Positions 52,123 through 61,910 of a DNA stretch of 64,000 nt are shown one piece after another; the first letter of the stretch is position 1; the number at the start of each line of letters is the position of its first letter. The notes under the pieces were generated by a model. That model saw nothing but the letters and a program-made list of their open reading frames with translations, was not told where the DNA came from and ran no database searches. Source of the stretch: Vicinamibacterales bacterium (GTDB taxonomy: Bacteria > Acidobacteriota > Vicinamibacteria > Vicinamibacterales > UBA2999); contig DAINCF010000001.1 in NCBI GenBank assembly GCA_036732565.1, positions 1,787 to 65,786 on the forward strand, written 5' to 3'. A program made the position numbers and the translations under genes.

Positions 52123-52764
52123 ATGAGTGGTTCGACGGTGAGGCGGCCGCGGAGGAAACGAGCTGGTCAGTACCATCACGGCGACCTCCGCCGTGCCCTC
52201 ATCGATCAGGCGCTGCGGACCATCGACAAGCCGGGCGGGGAAGGGCTCACGCTCCGTGGCGTCGGCGATGCGCTCGGCGTGTCGCGGACCGCGCTCTACC
52301 GCCACTTTTCCGATAAGCAGGCGCTGGTCGCCGCCGTCGCGCGCGAAGGCTTCCGGATGCTGCGGTTGGCGCTCGTGGAAGCGTGGGAGCACCATGGCGG
52401 CGGCGGTACGGGCTTCGAGGCGATGGGCGAGGCGTACGTGCGATTTGCCGTCGCGCATCCTTCGCATTACCGGGTGATGTTCGGGCGCTTCGTCGAGTCG
52501 GGCGCGCGCGATCCCGAGCTCATCGAAGAAGCCGAGGCCGCGTTCCAGGCGTTGGTGGATGCTCTTGTGGAACTACAGCGTGACGGACAGGCGCGCCGTG
52601 ACGATCCCGTCATGCTGGCGCGATTCGTGTGGGCGGTCACGCATGGCATCGCGATGCTGGTCATCGACGGGCAACTGCGCGAGTGTGATGAGTCGGGGAT
52701 GACGCTGAATCAGTATGCCGCGGAGCGGATCCGAGCCGCGATCGCCATTTCGTCGTTATCCTGA
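52123..52764 (+). CDS. TetR/AcrR-family transcriptional regulator
   Basis: HTH region LTLRGVGDALGVSRTALYRHFSDKQAL. Confidence 0.9.
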   Translation: MSGSTVRRPRRKRAGQYHHGDLRRALIDQALRTIDKPGGEGLTLRGVGDALGVSRTALYRHFSDKQALVAAVAREGFRMLRLALVEAWEHHGGGGTGFEAMGEAYVRFAVAHPSHYRVMFGRFVESGARDPELIEEAEAAFQALVDALVELQRDGQARRDDPVMLARFVWAVTHGIAMLVIDGQLRECDESGMTLNQYAAERIRAAIAISSLS

Positions 52765-53301
52765 CGATGGGGGAGTTGAACGCCGCTTGCCCCTCCAGAC
52801 ATCCCACGTGAACGGCCCGGCGTCATCATTGCCGATCGGATGGCCCGACAGCTTGAGTGCCAGCTTGATCTGGCCGTGATGGTAGCCCTCGTGCCACAGC
52901 ATGAGCTGGAGCATCAGGATCGGGTGGTCGTAGTTCAGGTCCATGTCCCGACCGGCCAGCACCCTCCCCCTTACCGCGTCCCGCACGGCCTTGGCGCTGT
53001 CGGTCAGCATCTGCGCGATGCGATCGCGGTCACGTTCGACCACCCACTCGTCCTCCGGCACCGTCCTGGCGAACTCGGGGGCCTCCTCGAAGACCGAGAT
53101 GAGCCGCTCATGGTGCATGTGCATGAACTGCTGCGCGACGGACGGGCTGCTCTCCATCGCCTTCGCCTCCAGCCCGCCTTCAGGGAGAGCGTGTAGCAGG
53201 TTGAGCATGATGGCGTTGCTCCGGTCCCAGGAATCCAGCAGAGCCTCGAGCAGACCTTGCTCCGGCGCACTCGACATGTCCGTTCCCATAGTGGGCAGCA
53301 T
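52756..53301 (-). CDS. DinB-family (DinB_2-like) protein
   Basis: FMHMHHERL and LWHEGYHHGQIKLALK. Start uncertain (53301, 53289 or 53277). Confidence 0.75.
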   Translation of the reverse strand: MLPTMGTDMSSAPEQGLLEALLDSWDRSNAIMLNLLHALPEGGLEAKAMESSPSVAQQFMHMHHERLISVFEEAPEFARTVPEDEWVVERDRDRIAQMLTDSAKAVRDAVRGRVLAGRDMDLNYDHPILMLQLMLWHEGYHHGQIKLALKLSGHPIGNDDAGPFTWDVWRGKRRSTPPSSG

Positions 53302-53331
53302 AGCCGTTGCTCGGCACGTCCGCGTAAACCT

Positions 53332-53682
53332 CTAGCGCACCTTCTTCTTGCGCTTCGTGCTCACATAGCGGTGGGCGCCGCCGACGAGATCCCGAAGCGC
53401 ATCTGGATGCACGCGCGCCAGGCGGACGAGAACACACGGATAGGCCACGTAGTGTTCCTTGAGGTAGTAGGTGTCCGGATCCTCTTCGATGAGCGCATCC
53501 CGGTCGGTGAAGTCCATCATCACGACCAACGTGTCTGGCTCGGCAGACTTGTGCGACGCGATGCACGCGAACATCTTCCCGCGCACCTTCAAGGTCGGCT
53601 GCCCCCAGGTGGTGGTGACCTCCACGTCCGGCAGGGAGCGACCAATGGACTCGACCAGCTTGAACCTGTTGCTGCGCGGCAT
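53332..53682 (-). CDS. MmcQ/YjbR-family protein
   Basis: 116 aa. LPDVEVTTTWGQPTLKVRGKMFA pattern. Confidence 0.7.
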   Translation of the reverse strand: MPRSNRFKLVESIGRSLPDVEVTTTWGQPTLKVRGKMFACIASHKSAEPDTLVVMMDFTDRDALIEEDPDTYYLKEHYVAYPCVLVRLARVHPDALRDLVGGAHRYVSTKRKKKVR

Positions 53683-53756
53683 CGGCCCCGCCTGATCTTA
53701 CGACCGCTGCGCAAATCGTCGATAGGCTCGACTACTCCTGAATCGATTCGCCGCCG

Positions 53757-54779
53757 TTACTTGTAGGCCACACCGGCACTGGCGGGCCCTGCCAGTGGGA
53801 TCACTTCCGTGGAGCTGAAGCCGGCTTGGCGACACCACCCGAAGAAGTCCGCGGCGGTGAAATCGAAGGCGTCGCCGAACTCGATCAGCATGTTGAGCGA
53901 CATCATCAGCCCAAAGGCATTCTCGCGGCGGGCGTCATCGATCAGATTCTCCACGACGATGAAGGCGCCGCCTGGTGGCAGGGCGTCGTAGGCGGCTCGG
54001 ACGAGGTGCATCTTTTTCTCGAGGTTCCAGTCGTGGAGGATCATCCCCATCGTAATCACGTCGGCTTTCGGCAACGGCTCCGCGAAGAAATCGAGCGCCT
54101 GTGCCGAGATCCGATCGGCGAGTCCCGCGGCCGCGATCTTCCGTTCCGCGATCGCCGTGGCGGCCGGGAGGTCGACCGAGGTGAATCGAAGATGCGGGTG
54201 TCTCCTGGCCACGAGCATCGACAGTTGGCCGGTCGCGCCGCCCACATCACAGACCGTGCGGTACCGCGAAAAATCGAACTTGTCGGCAAAGGCTTGGAAG
54301 TTGGCCAACGAGATGCCGCTCATGGCATCCATGAACTGCTCGAGCCGCTCGGGCTTGCTGTACAGCTCGGCGAACATCGATGTGCCGGTGTGCTTGATCT
54401 CGTTCTGCGCGCAGCCGGTGCGGAGCCCTTCGGTGAGGTCGCCCCAGTACCGGTAGAGGCGGGCGTTGGCCATCTCCAACATGCCGCCGACGAACTGCGG
54501 GCTGTTCCGATCCAGAAACGCGGCGGTGTCCGACGTATTGCGATAGCGCGCCTCGCGGCCATCGCCGTCGCGGTCGAGAAACCGCAGCGCCACGAGCGTG
54601 TCGAAGAAATCGGGATTGGCTCGCGGATGCAGCTGAAGCGCCGACTGCAGCTCGGCACCCGTCATGGACGTGGACCCGAGCTGCGTAAAGAGCTCCAGCT
54701 CCACCGCCGAGAGCAGGACCTTGGCTGGCCAGAAGGCCAGGCCGACCTCCATGATTCGAGCGGGTGATGCCGTGGTCAT
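53757..54779 (-). CDS. Class I SAM-dependent O-methyltransferase (Methyltransf_2 type with an N-terminal dimerisation/wHTH domain)
   Basis: VCDVGGATGQLSMLVARRHPHLRFTSVDLP (motif I) and ADVITMGMILHDW. The ORF extends to 54815. Confidence 0.8.
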   Translation of the reverse strand: MTTASPARIMEVGLAFWPAKVLLSAVELELFTQLGSTSMTGAELQSALQLHPRANPDFFDTLVALRFLDRDGDGREARYRNTSDTAAFLDRNSPQFVGGMLEMANARLYRYWGDLTEGLRTGCAQNEIKHTGTSMFAELYSKPERLEQFMDAMSGISLANFQAFADKFDFSRYRTVCDVGGATGQLSMLVARRHPHLRFTSVDLPAATAIAERKIAAAGLADRISAQALDFFAEPLPKADVITMGMILHDWNLEKKMHLVRAAYDALPPGGAFIVVENLIDDARRENAFGLMMSLNMLIEFGDAFDFTAADFFGWCRQAGFSSTEVIPLAGPASAGVAYK

Positions 54780-55143
54780 GGGCGATAGCATACGGAACTG
54801 GCGAGGCTGCCGCAAAGCAGTATGAGTGTCGAGCCTCGTGCTTGTCCTGACCTCAGAGGGAATTGAGGGGCTCCCGCCGTTCCTCGATACTCAGGCTCCT
54901 GGATGGATTCGTGCAGCAAGAAGCAAGGAGCCTTACATGACGCAATTCACAACGAGCCAACGCCCGTAAACCGATGGCGACGAGCCATCTCTGCGGTAAC
55001 GGTGCTCGGCACACCGCAGGACATGACCCTTCAAGAGCTGCGCGTCGAGTGCTTCTTTCCATTGGATGAAGCGACCGCCACCGCGGCTCGCCGCCTGTTC
55101 GATGGTGTTGAGAACGCACGCTGATCGGCTGGGACGCAAGGAA

Positions 55144-55992
55144 TCATGCCTGTTCGCGCGCAAACAGCGCCTCGGCTTCGGCGAAGCCGTAGAAGGTGCG
55201 TTCGATCGACTGCCACGTCCCGCGCTCGCGCAGCTCCGTGGCGATGTGCTCGAGCGAGCCGAGCATCGCCAGCATCGCCAGTTGCCCGATGCTGACCCTG
55301 CTGGCGCCCGCCTCGAAGAGCTCGGCGGCAGATGGCGCGCCCGGTAGCGCCATGAGACTGATCGGCCCACGCAGCTGATCGACGAGGTGCGCGACGAGCG
55401 TGGTGTCGACCAACAGCGGAACGAAGATGAGATCCGCCCCCGCCTGGAGGTAGCGTCGGCCGCGTTCGACGGTGAGATCGAGACGCTCGTCGACGTCCGT
55501 GCCGAGATTGAGGACGAACGTGTCGGTCCTGGCGTTGATGACCAGCGGAATGCCGCGACGGTCCGCGACCGCTCGCGCGGCGGCGATTCGCGCGGACTGC
55601 GCGTCGATGTCGAACAGGGCGGGCGCACCGCGGTCGTGCGCGTTGTCCTCGAGGTTGATGCCCACGGCCCCCGCGTCGATGACGGCTTCGACCGTCTTCG
55701 CCACGTCACCAGCGGCGCCGCCGTAGCCGGCTTCGATGTCGGCGCTCACGGGACACGAGACCGCGCGCGCGATCCGCGCCACCGCGCGGACCATCGCGTC
55801 GCGGCCGATGTGCTCGGCGTCCTGGACCCCTTCGGAATAGGCAATGCCGGCGCTCGTCGTCCCGATGGCCGTGAAGCCCGCCTTCTCGAAGATCCGCGCG
55901 CTGGCTGCGTCCCACGCGTTCGGGAGGAGCAATCCGCCGGCCTGGTTCTGATCTCGAAATCGCGCCGCAAGAGCTGTTTGTGCAGGTGTCAT
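55144..55992 (-). CDS. Isocitrate lyase / PEP mutase superfamily enzyme (not a PepM by motif)
   Basis: LLLPNAWDAASARIFEKAGFTAIGTTSAG and GINLEDNAHDRG. It lacks the PepM-specific EDKxxxxxNS motif. Confidence 0.8.
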   Translation of the reverse strand: MTPAQTALAARFRDQNQAGGLLLPNAWDAASARIFEKAGFTAIGTTSAGIAYSEGVQDAEHIGRDAMVRAVARIARAVSCPVSADIEAGYGGAAGDVAKTVEAVIDAGAVGINLEDNAHDRGAPALFDIDAQSARIAAARAVADRRGIPLVINARTDTFVLNLGTDVDERLDLTVERGRRYLQAGADLIFVPLLVDTTLVAHLVDQLRGPISLMALPGAPSAAELFEAGASRVSIGQLAMLAMLGSLEHIATELRERGTWQSIERTFYGFAEAEALFAREQA

Positions 55993-56103
55993 GTATCCCC
56001 CGGTCGTCTTCGCAAGCAGTAGAGCAGTCGAGAGGCGCCGATCGCTTCCAGGATCTTTAGCGGGGTGGTTGTCGGTTATGCTGGCTTCAGGGCCGGTTCA
56101 ACC

Positions 56104-56931
56104 ATGTCGGAAATCACGGTTCAGCCTCTGTTGACCACGCCAGTCGTGCGGATCCGCGATGTGTGCTGTCAGGGCACCTGTCGGCATCAGAGCGCGGAGG
56201 AATGCGCGGTCGCCATGCACCTGGTGTTCCCCTATCGCGGGGTCTTCGTTCGGCATCTCGGGCGTGACGAGGCCGTCGCCGAAGCCAATCAGGTGTTGTT
56301 CTTCAACCCAACCGAAGGCTACCGGGTCAGCCATCCCGTGCCTGGCGGCGATTGCAGCCTGGACCTGGTCATCAGCGAACCGGTGCTCCGTGAGCTCGTG
56401 CCACGCGCGCTTCTGCGCGACGGCTCGGCGCTGGCGTTTCGGTCGCAGCGCGTGCGTATCGACGCGCGCGCGCAGGCGATGGTCGCGCTGCTTCGTCACA
56501 ACTTGCGACGCGACCGCATGGGTGCGTTGGAAGCCGAGAGCCTCGCCTTGACGCTCGCGCAGCAAGCGCTCGGGCCGCGCACCGCGCGCACTCCAGGCGC
56601 CAGTCCCGGGCGCCGACGACTCGTCGATCGCGTCAAGCTCGTGCTCACCAGCGATCTCGCGCGGCGCTGGACGCTGGCGGAGGTTGGCGCTGCCGTGGGC
56701 CACTCCCCGGTGTACCTCACCCAGGTGTTCCAACAGGTCGAAGGGCTCCCGCTCTATCGCTACCACTTGCGGCTGCGACTGGCGCGTGCGCTGGATCTGT
56801 TGCCGCAGTCCGACGACTTGACGTCTCTGAGCTTGGATCTCGGCTTCTCCAGCCACAGTCACTTCACCACCACGTTCCGCCAGACGTACGGCCGCTCGCC
56901 ATCAGCGTTCCGGCAAGCGGCGCTCCTCTAA
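56104..56931 (+). CDS. AraC-family transcriptional regulator
   Basis: C-terminal double HTH WTLAEVGAAVGHSPVYLTQVFQ...LGFSSHSHFTTTFRQTYGRSP. The ORF starts at 56065. Confidence 0.85.
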   Translation: MSEITVQPLLTTPVVRIRDVCCQGTCRHQSAEECAVAMHLVFPYRGVFVRHLGRDEAVAEANQVLFFNPTEGYRVSHPVPGGDCSLDLVISEPVLRELVPRALLRDGSALAFRSQRVRIDARAQAMVALLRHNLRRDRMGALEAESLALTLAQQALGPRTARTPGASPGRRRLVDRVKLVLTSDLARRWTLAEVGAAVGHSPVYLTQVFQQVEGLPLYRYHLRLRLARALDLLPQSDDLTSLSLDLGFSSHSHFTTTFRQTYGRSPSAFRQAALL

Positions 56932-57009
56932 AGATCGCGAAAGCGGCGCTCTCGGACCGCGTGCTCTACTGCCGATGTCCCGAGGTTGGGGCGTTCAGTG
57001 GAGGACGTG

Positions 57010-57879
57010 ATGACAGAGAACCAGACGTTGGAGATCAAGCGCAGCGTACAGACACCATCAGGTCGCATCACCTATGTCGAACAAGGGACCGGCCCGGCCG
57101 CGCTGTTCGTGCACGGCGTGCTGCTGAACGGCCATCTGTGGCGCCATCAGCTGGCCCACCTGTCCGACGTTCGTCGCTGCATCGCGCTGGACTTGCTGGC
57201 GCACGGCGACACCGAGATCGTGGACAGCCAGGATGTCTCGGTGACGGCCAACGCACGCATGCTGGAGGAGTTTCTCGATGCCTTGGGTCTCGAGCAGGTT
57301 GATCTCGTCGGCAACGACAGCGGCGGCGGCATCGCGCAGATCTTCGCCGCCTCACACCCCGAGCGCGTGCGCACGCTGACGCTCACCGACTGCGACGCCC
57401 ACGACAACTGGCCGCCCGAACCGTTCAAACCGTTCCTGGAAATGGCGGCGAACGGCGGTTTGCCTGGCACCCTTGCCGCGATGCTGGCGGACAAGAACGT
57501 CTACCGATCGCCGCAAGCCCTTGGACCGGCGTACGAACACCCGGAACGCGTCACCGACGAGACGATCGAGATCTACCTGCGGCCGCTCGTCCGGACCGAG
57601 CAACGGACGCGTGACTTCCAGCGGTTCCTTGCCGCGTTCGACAACATCCACACCGTGAGCGTCGAAGCGCAACTCAGGACGCTGACTGCGCCAACGCTGA
57701 TCGTCTGGGGCACCGACGACGTGTACTTCGATGTGAAATGGTCGCGATGGTTGGCGGACACCATTCCAGGGACCCGACGCCGCGTGGAGCTCGAAGGCGC
57801 GCGGATCTTCTTCCCGGAAGAGCGCTGGGCGGCGCTCAACGACGAACTACGCGCGCACTGGCAGCAATCGTCGCAGTAG
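57010..57879 (+). CDS. Alpha/beta-fold hydrolase
   Basis: HGVLLNGHLW (oxyanion region), the nucleophile elbow LVGNDSGGGIA, and WGTDDVYF. The ORF starts at 56986. Confidence 0.85.
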   Translation: MTENQTLEIKRSVQTPSGRITYVEQGTGPAALFVHGVLLNGHLWRHQLAHLSDVRRCIALDLLAHGDTEIVDSQDVSVTANARMLEEFLDALGLEQVDLVGNDSGGGIAQIFAASHPERVRTLTLTDCDAHDNWPPEPFKPFLEMAANGGLPGTLAAMLADKNVYRSPQALGPAYEHPERVTDETIEIYLRPLVRTEQRTRDFQRFLAAFDNIHTVSVEAQLRTLTAPTLIVWGTDDVYFDVKWSRWLADTIPGTRRRVELEGARIFFPEERWAALNDELRAHWQQSSQ

Positions 57880-57899
57880 GTGTCATTCGACGCGTCACC

Positions 57900-59123
57900 T
57901 CAGTGCGGATGGCGCAGGTAGTGCTGCCGCAGCAAATCCTTGCCGTAGTCGTTCCCGTTCGGAGTGCGCACCATCGTGTGGATGTGCTCGACGTTCGGCA
58001 GCATCGGATCCGCCGCCAGGTGCCGCAGGTTCGCGGGCCGATTGTGATCGAACTCGATCAGGATGACCGGGCTGTGGATGCGGTAGTAGAACACGCCTCC
58101 GGGCTCGGTCTTGCCGATCCAGGCGAACCAGGTTCGATCGAGATGCTGACGCACGTCTCCCATGCGCACTCGTGCGTGCCCTTCCGCCAGGTTGTCCACG
58201 TAGAGGGCAACGAGGTCGAGCAGCTGCCGCTGTTGCGGCTCCGTCAGCTCGGTGGCGCGAAGGCCGGCGTAGTCGAGCACGACGTTGTCCTTCCACGCTT
58301 CGGTCAGGATGTTGTTGCCGTCTTTGGAGAAGCTGAGGATCGCCCTGGCCCGCTGCCCTTCGGCGAGGCTGTTCACGAAGGCGAGCGCGCGGCTTTGCTC
58401 GTCTCTCAGGATCGTCGTGCCCTTGTATTTGCCGGAAGCCGCGGTGGCTGGCTCAGAACCCGTGAAGAAGGGCGTCATCACGACCTGATCGCCGAGCACG
58501 AAGTAGTTGATGATCGCGTGATGGCCGTCGAACTGCCATCCCCATGGCTCGGTCTCTGAAGGCGTGCCCATCACGGTGAGGTGATAGAGCCACTCGCCGT
58601 ACTCCTCGAAGTTGTTGTCGTTGAGCTCGGCGAGCGTGTGGTTCAGACGCATGATGTCGCGGGTCAGCTTCAGACCTTTCGCGCTCAGTCCGGCGCGCAG
58701 CAGCGCGAACGCGGCGTCCCGCTGTGGGGCGCTCATGTCCTGAAAGCTGACGCCCTGGCGCACGTAGAAGCTCTGATTCATCCACTTCCGCCACTCGTCG
58801 GCGTCGACCGGGAACGCGGTGACCTTGCGCTGCGCAGCGGAGAGGCTCTCGAGGAAGGCGCCCGCCGCGGTGCGCACGGGCGCGGTCGACACGCCGGTCG
58901 AGCGGACGCCAAAGAGATTGGACTCGATCTCGCCCGTTGCGGTGACGCCCCTGAACGGCTCGGCGAGGCCGACCTTCTCCGCGGCCACCGAGAGGCGCAG
59001 CAGTTCGGCAGGAGGCCTGAGTGGTGGTGCCGGCTTCGTTGTCTGCGACGACACCATCGGCTGCACGGCCACGATGGCGAGCATCAGTGCAGTGATCCCG
59101 ACCAGAACCGCGAATCGCTTCAT
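57900..59123 (-). CDS. DUF3500-family secreted protein
   Basis: Signal peptide MKRFAVLVGITALMLAIVA. WGWQFDGHHAIINYFVLGDQVV is a DUF3500 hallmark. Confidence 0.75.
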   Translation of the reverse strand: MKRFAVLVGITALMLAIVAVQPMVSSQTTKPAPPLRPPAELLRLSVAAEKVGLAEPFRGVTATGEIESNLFGVRSTGVSTAPVRTAAGAFLESLSAAQRKVTAFPVDADEWRKWMNQSFYVRQGVSFQDMSAPQRDAAFALLRAGLSAKGLKLTRDIMRLNHTLAELNDNNFEEYGEWLYHLTVMGTPSETEPWGWQFDGHHAIINYFVLGDQVVMTPFFTGSEPATAASGKYKGTTILRDEQSRALAFVNSLAEGQRARAILSFSKDGNNILTEAWKDNVVLDYAGLRATELTEPQQRQLLDLVALYVDNLAEGHARVRMGDVRQHLDRTWFAWIGKTEPGGVFYYRIHSPVILIEFDHNRPANLRHLAADPMLPNVEHIHTMVRTPNGNDYGKDLLRQHYLRHPH

Positions 59124-59206
59124 TACCCCTCCGGCCGGAGTCTATCCGAAAGGGACCGGAATTCAGCCCGGGTCGAACGATCGAGAGTCCTCGGGTGATC
59201 GCTCCT

Positions 59207-59782
59207 TTAACTCACTCCGTAGATCAGGCTGACACGCCCACCTTGAAGCTGGTGGACCTTCCTCAGCTCGAGCCCACGGCGACGTTCGGTGGTCGCGAAG
59301 AGCGCTTTACCTTCACCGGCGACCAGCGGATACACGATCAGCCGGAGCTCGTCCACCTGGCCGGCGTCAATCAGGCTCGCCATCACGCGAGCACCGCCCA
59401 TGAGGTAAATGTCCTTGCCGGGTTGCTGCTTGAGCGCAGTGACGTCTTCGAGTCGTCGGAGGAAGCTCGTGTTCGGCCAGAGCGCCGACGTCAATTTGCT
59501 CGAGAGCACATAGTGCGGGGTTTGGGCGATGAAGCGGGCCCATTCACGCTCACCGGGGGTTGGCGAGTTTCCAGTGATCCAGACCGGCTTGTCCGGCTCA
59601 TTCCGTATCGAGGTCCAATAACCCTCGTAGCCGGGGTACATCCGCCCACCGAGCAGGCAGGCGTCCACCTGCGACATCATGCCGTAGTCATCCGACCACG
59701 CGTCGACCCAATCCGCCGTGCCCTGCGGCCCTTCCATCTTCCCGTCGACAGAGATCTTCATTCCCGCGATCAACTTCCTCAT
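59207..59782 (-). CDS. Dihydrofolate-reductase-like (RibD C-terminal domain) family protein
   Basis: MRKLIAGMKISVDGKMEG and IYLMGGARVMASLIDAGQVDELRLIVYP. Confidence 0.8.
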   Translation of the reverse strand: MRKLIAGMKISVDGKMEGPQGTADWVDAWSDDYGMMSQVDACLLGGRMYPGYEGYWTSIRNEPDKPVWITGNSPTPGEREWARFIAQTPHYVLSSKLTSALWPNTSFLRRLEDVTALKQQPGKDIYLMGGARVMASLIDAGQVDELRLIVYPLVAGEGKALFATTERRRGLELRKVHQLQGGRVSLIYGVS

Positions 59783-59989
59783 GTAATCTCCCATCACTCG
59801 AATCACGCAAGCATGACGCGTCGTGCGCTCTCACCGCTTTCACGAACGCAGGTCCTGCCGCTGCCGAGCCAGCTCATCGCACAATCCAACGATGAATGTC
59901 GACGGTCCCGATCGAGGCCGTCTCGGTCATGAGATAGATTTAGCGTCTGGTCTCGAAACGGTGGGAGTGACAAGTGTGGCGGGATTTCG

Positions 59990-61210
59990 ATGGACGCGCT
60001 GATGGTGGCGGCGGCGCGTGCACTTGCGGTGGGCGATCCTCTCGGCGCACTGAAGCGGGTCGCCTTGCGCGACGATCCGCCCGCTCTCGCGCTTCGAGGG
60101 ATCGCGATGGCGCAGCTCGGCGATCTCGTACGCGCCAGGGCCCTCCTGCGACGTGCGGCGCGCGCCTTCGGTCCGAAGGAGGCGCTGGCCCGCGCGAGGT
60201 GTGTTGTTGCCGAGGCTGAGGTTGCGCTGGTCTCGCGCGACTTGGGCTGGCCCGCGAAGGCACTCGACGCGGCGCGGGCGACGCTCGACGCGCACGGCGA
60301 CCGGGTGAACGCCGCGCATGCACGGCATCTCGAGGTCCGGCGCCTTCTCCTGATCGGGCGCATCGACGAGGCCGAGCGTGCGCTCGCCGGGCTCGACCCC
60401 GCGCCCTTTCCGCCGGCGTCGAGGACAGCCCACGAGTTGGTGGTCGCGGGGATCGCGATGCGGCGCCTCCGCACGAAGGTGGCGCGCGCCGCGCTCGCTC
60501 GGGCCGAGCACGCTGCGCGCCACGCACGTGTTCCCGCGCTGACCGCTGAGGTCGAAAGCGCATGTCTCGTCCTGAGCACGCCCGCTGCGCGCTTGATCGC
60601 GAGGGGCGAGGAGCGACCCCTCCTGCTCGAAGAGGTTGAGACGTTGCTGGCGTCGAAAGCGTTCGTCGTGGACGCGTGCCATCTGGTCGTGCATGCCGAA
60701 GGCGTTGTGGTCTCTCTCGCGAAGCGTCCGGTGTTGTTCGCGCTTGCACGCGCGCTGGGCGAAGCGTGGCCGGGAGACGTCGCGCGGGACGTGCTCGTCG
60801 CGCGCGCATTTGGATCGAAGCTCGTCGACGAATCGCATCGCGCGCGGTTGCGGGTCGAAGTTGGGCGGCTTCGCAGGGTGCTTCGGACGCTGGCCGACGT
60901 CAGCGCGACGAAGCGAGGGTTTGCGCTGACACCGCTCCGCGCACGGGAGGTCGTCGTGCTGGCGCGGCCCGTCGAAGAGGAGCACGCGGTGGTGCTGGCG
61001 TTCCTCGCCGACGGTGAATCGTGGTCGAGCTCGGCCCTTGCGCTGGCGCGTGGCACGAGCCAGCGGACCGTGCAGCGGGCGCTCGATTCGCTTGCGGCCG
61101 CTGGCAAGGTGCAGTCGTTCGGTCGCGGGCGCGCGCGTCGGTGGATCACCCCGCCCGTTCCGGGATTCACGACGACGTTGTTACTCTCCGCTCCGCTCCC
61201 GATTGGCTAG
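59990..61210 (+). CDS. Putative transcriptional regulator (helical N-terminus, OmpR/trans_reg_C-like winged helix, C-terminal wHTH)
   Basis: VVSLAKRPVLFALARALGEAWPGDVARDVLVARAFG...RARLRVEVGRLRRVL resembles trans_reg_C. The C-terminus is SSSALALARGTSQRTVQRALDSLAAAGKV. Confidence 0.55.
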   Translation: MDALMVAAARALAVGDPLGALKRVALRDDPPALALRGIAMAQLGDLVRARALLRRAARAFGPKEALARARCVVAEAEVALVSRDLGWPAKALDAARATLDAHGDRVNAAHARHLEVRRLLLIGRIDEAERALAGLDPAPFPPASRTAHELVVAGIAMRRLRTKVARAALARAEHAARHARVPALTAEVESACLVLSTPAARLIARGEERPLLLEEVETLLASKAFVVDACHLVVHAEGVVVSLAKRPVLFALARALGEAWPGDVARDVLVARAFGSKLVDESHRARLRVEVGRLRRVLRTLADVSATKRGFALTPLRAREVVVLARPVEEEHAVVLAFLADGESWSSSALALARGTSQRTVQRALDSLAAAGKVQSFGRGRARRWITPPVPGFTTTLLLSAPLPIG

Positions 61211-61219
61211 GGTGGAAGC

Positions 61220-61870
61220 ATGAGCCGAAAACCCGCCGAGATTGTTCGTGAGTATGGCCCTTTTTCTGGAGTTGACGAAGTCCATGGCGTCACCTATGAC
61301 GGTGAGCACATCTGGTTCGCTGCCGGAGAGACGCTGAACGTCCTCGATCCCGCGAGCGGGAAAGTCGTGCGCTCGATCGACGTCGCCGCGGACGGAGGAA
61401 CCGCCTTCGATGGCCAGCACTTGTTTCAGCTCGCCGAGGATCGCATCCAGAAGATCGATCCGAAGACCGGCCGTGTGATCGCCACGATCCCGGCGCCCAG
61501 CGGTGGCGCTCCCTCTGGCCTCGCCTGGGCCGAGGGGACGCTGTGGGTGGGGCAGTACCAAGATCGGAAGATCCATCAGGTCGATCCGGACACAGGGAAG
61601 GTGCTTCGGACGATCGAGTCCAACCGCTTCGTCACCGGAGTCACCTGGGTCGACGGAGATCTCTGGCACGCCACCTGGGAAGGCGACGAGAGCGAGTTGA
61701 GGCGCGTCGATCCTCGATCGGGAGAGGTCCTGGAGCGGCTCGAGATGCCGCCGGGAGTGAAAGTGTCGGGGCTCGAGTCCGATGGTGGCGATCGGTTCTT
61801 CTGCGGCGGCGGCAACAGCGGGAAAGTGAGGACCGTCCGCCGGCCGAAGCGAGGCTCCACGCGCGAGTAA
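61220..61870 (+). CDS. Beta-propeller protein, glutaminyl-cyclase-like / Vgb-like (tentative)
   Basis: Repeated blade-like strings (HGVTYDGEHIWFA, GLAWAEGTLWVGQ, TGVTWVDGDLWHA). Confidence 0.55.
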   Translation: MSRKPAEIVREYGPFSGVDEVHGVTYDGEHIWFAAGETLNVLDPASGKVVRSIDVAADGGTAFDGQHLFQLAEDRIQKIDPKTGRVIATIPAPSGGAPSGLAWAEGTLWVGQYQDRKIHQVDPDTGKVLRTIESNRFVTGVTWVDGDLWHATWEGDESELRRVDPRSGEVLERLEMPPGVKVSGLESDGGDRFFCGGGNSGKVRTVRRPKRGSTRE

Positions 61871-61910
61871 CGCCAGACATCACGATTGTTCGACCTCGAC
61901 GCTGGCGCCG

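Noticed and set aside
54816-55143. A 328-nt gap containing an AAGGAG-preceded 10-codon mini-ORF (54937-54969, MTQFTTSQRP) and a 33-codon ORF (MTLQELRVECFFPLDEATATAARRLFDGVENAR) on the plus strand.
   Set aside because: Both flanking genes are on the minus strand. The ORFs are tiny, with no recognisable family and no downstream plus-strand gene to regulate. I cannot distinguish them from chance without conservation or Ribo-seq data.
55144-55992. A PEP-mutase-superfamily gene next to an O-methyltransferase, raising the possibility of a phosphonate biosynthetic cluster.
   Set aside because: The active-site loop reads GINLEDNAHDRG, not the PepM-diagnostic EDKxxxxxNS. No phosphonopyruvate decarboxylase or other phosphonate genes are nearby. 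It is more likely an ICL/methylisocitrate-lyase-like enzyme.
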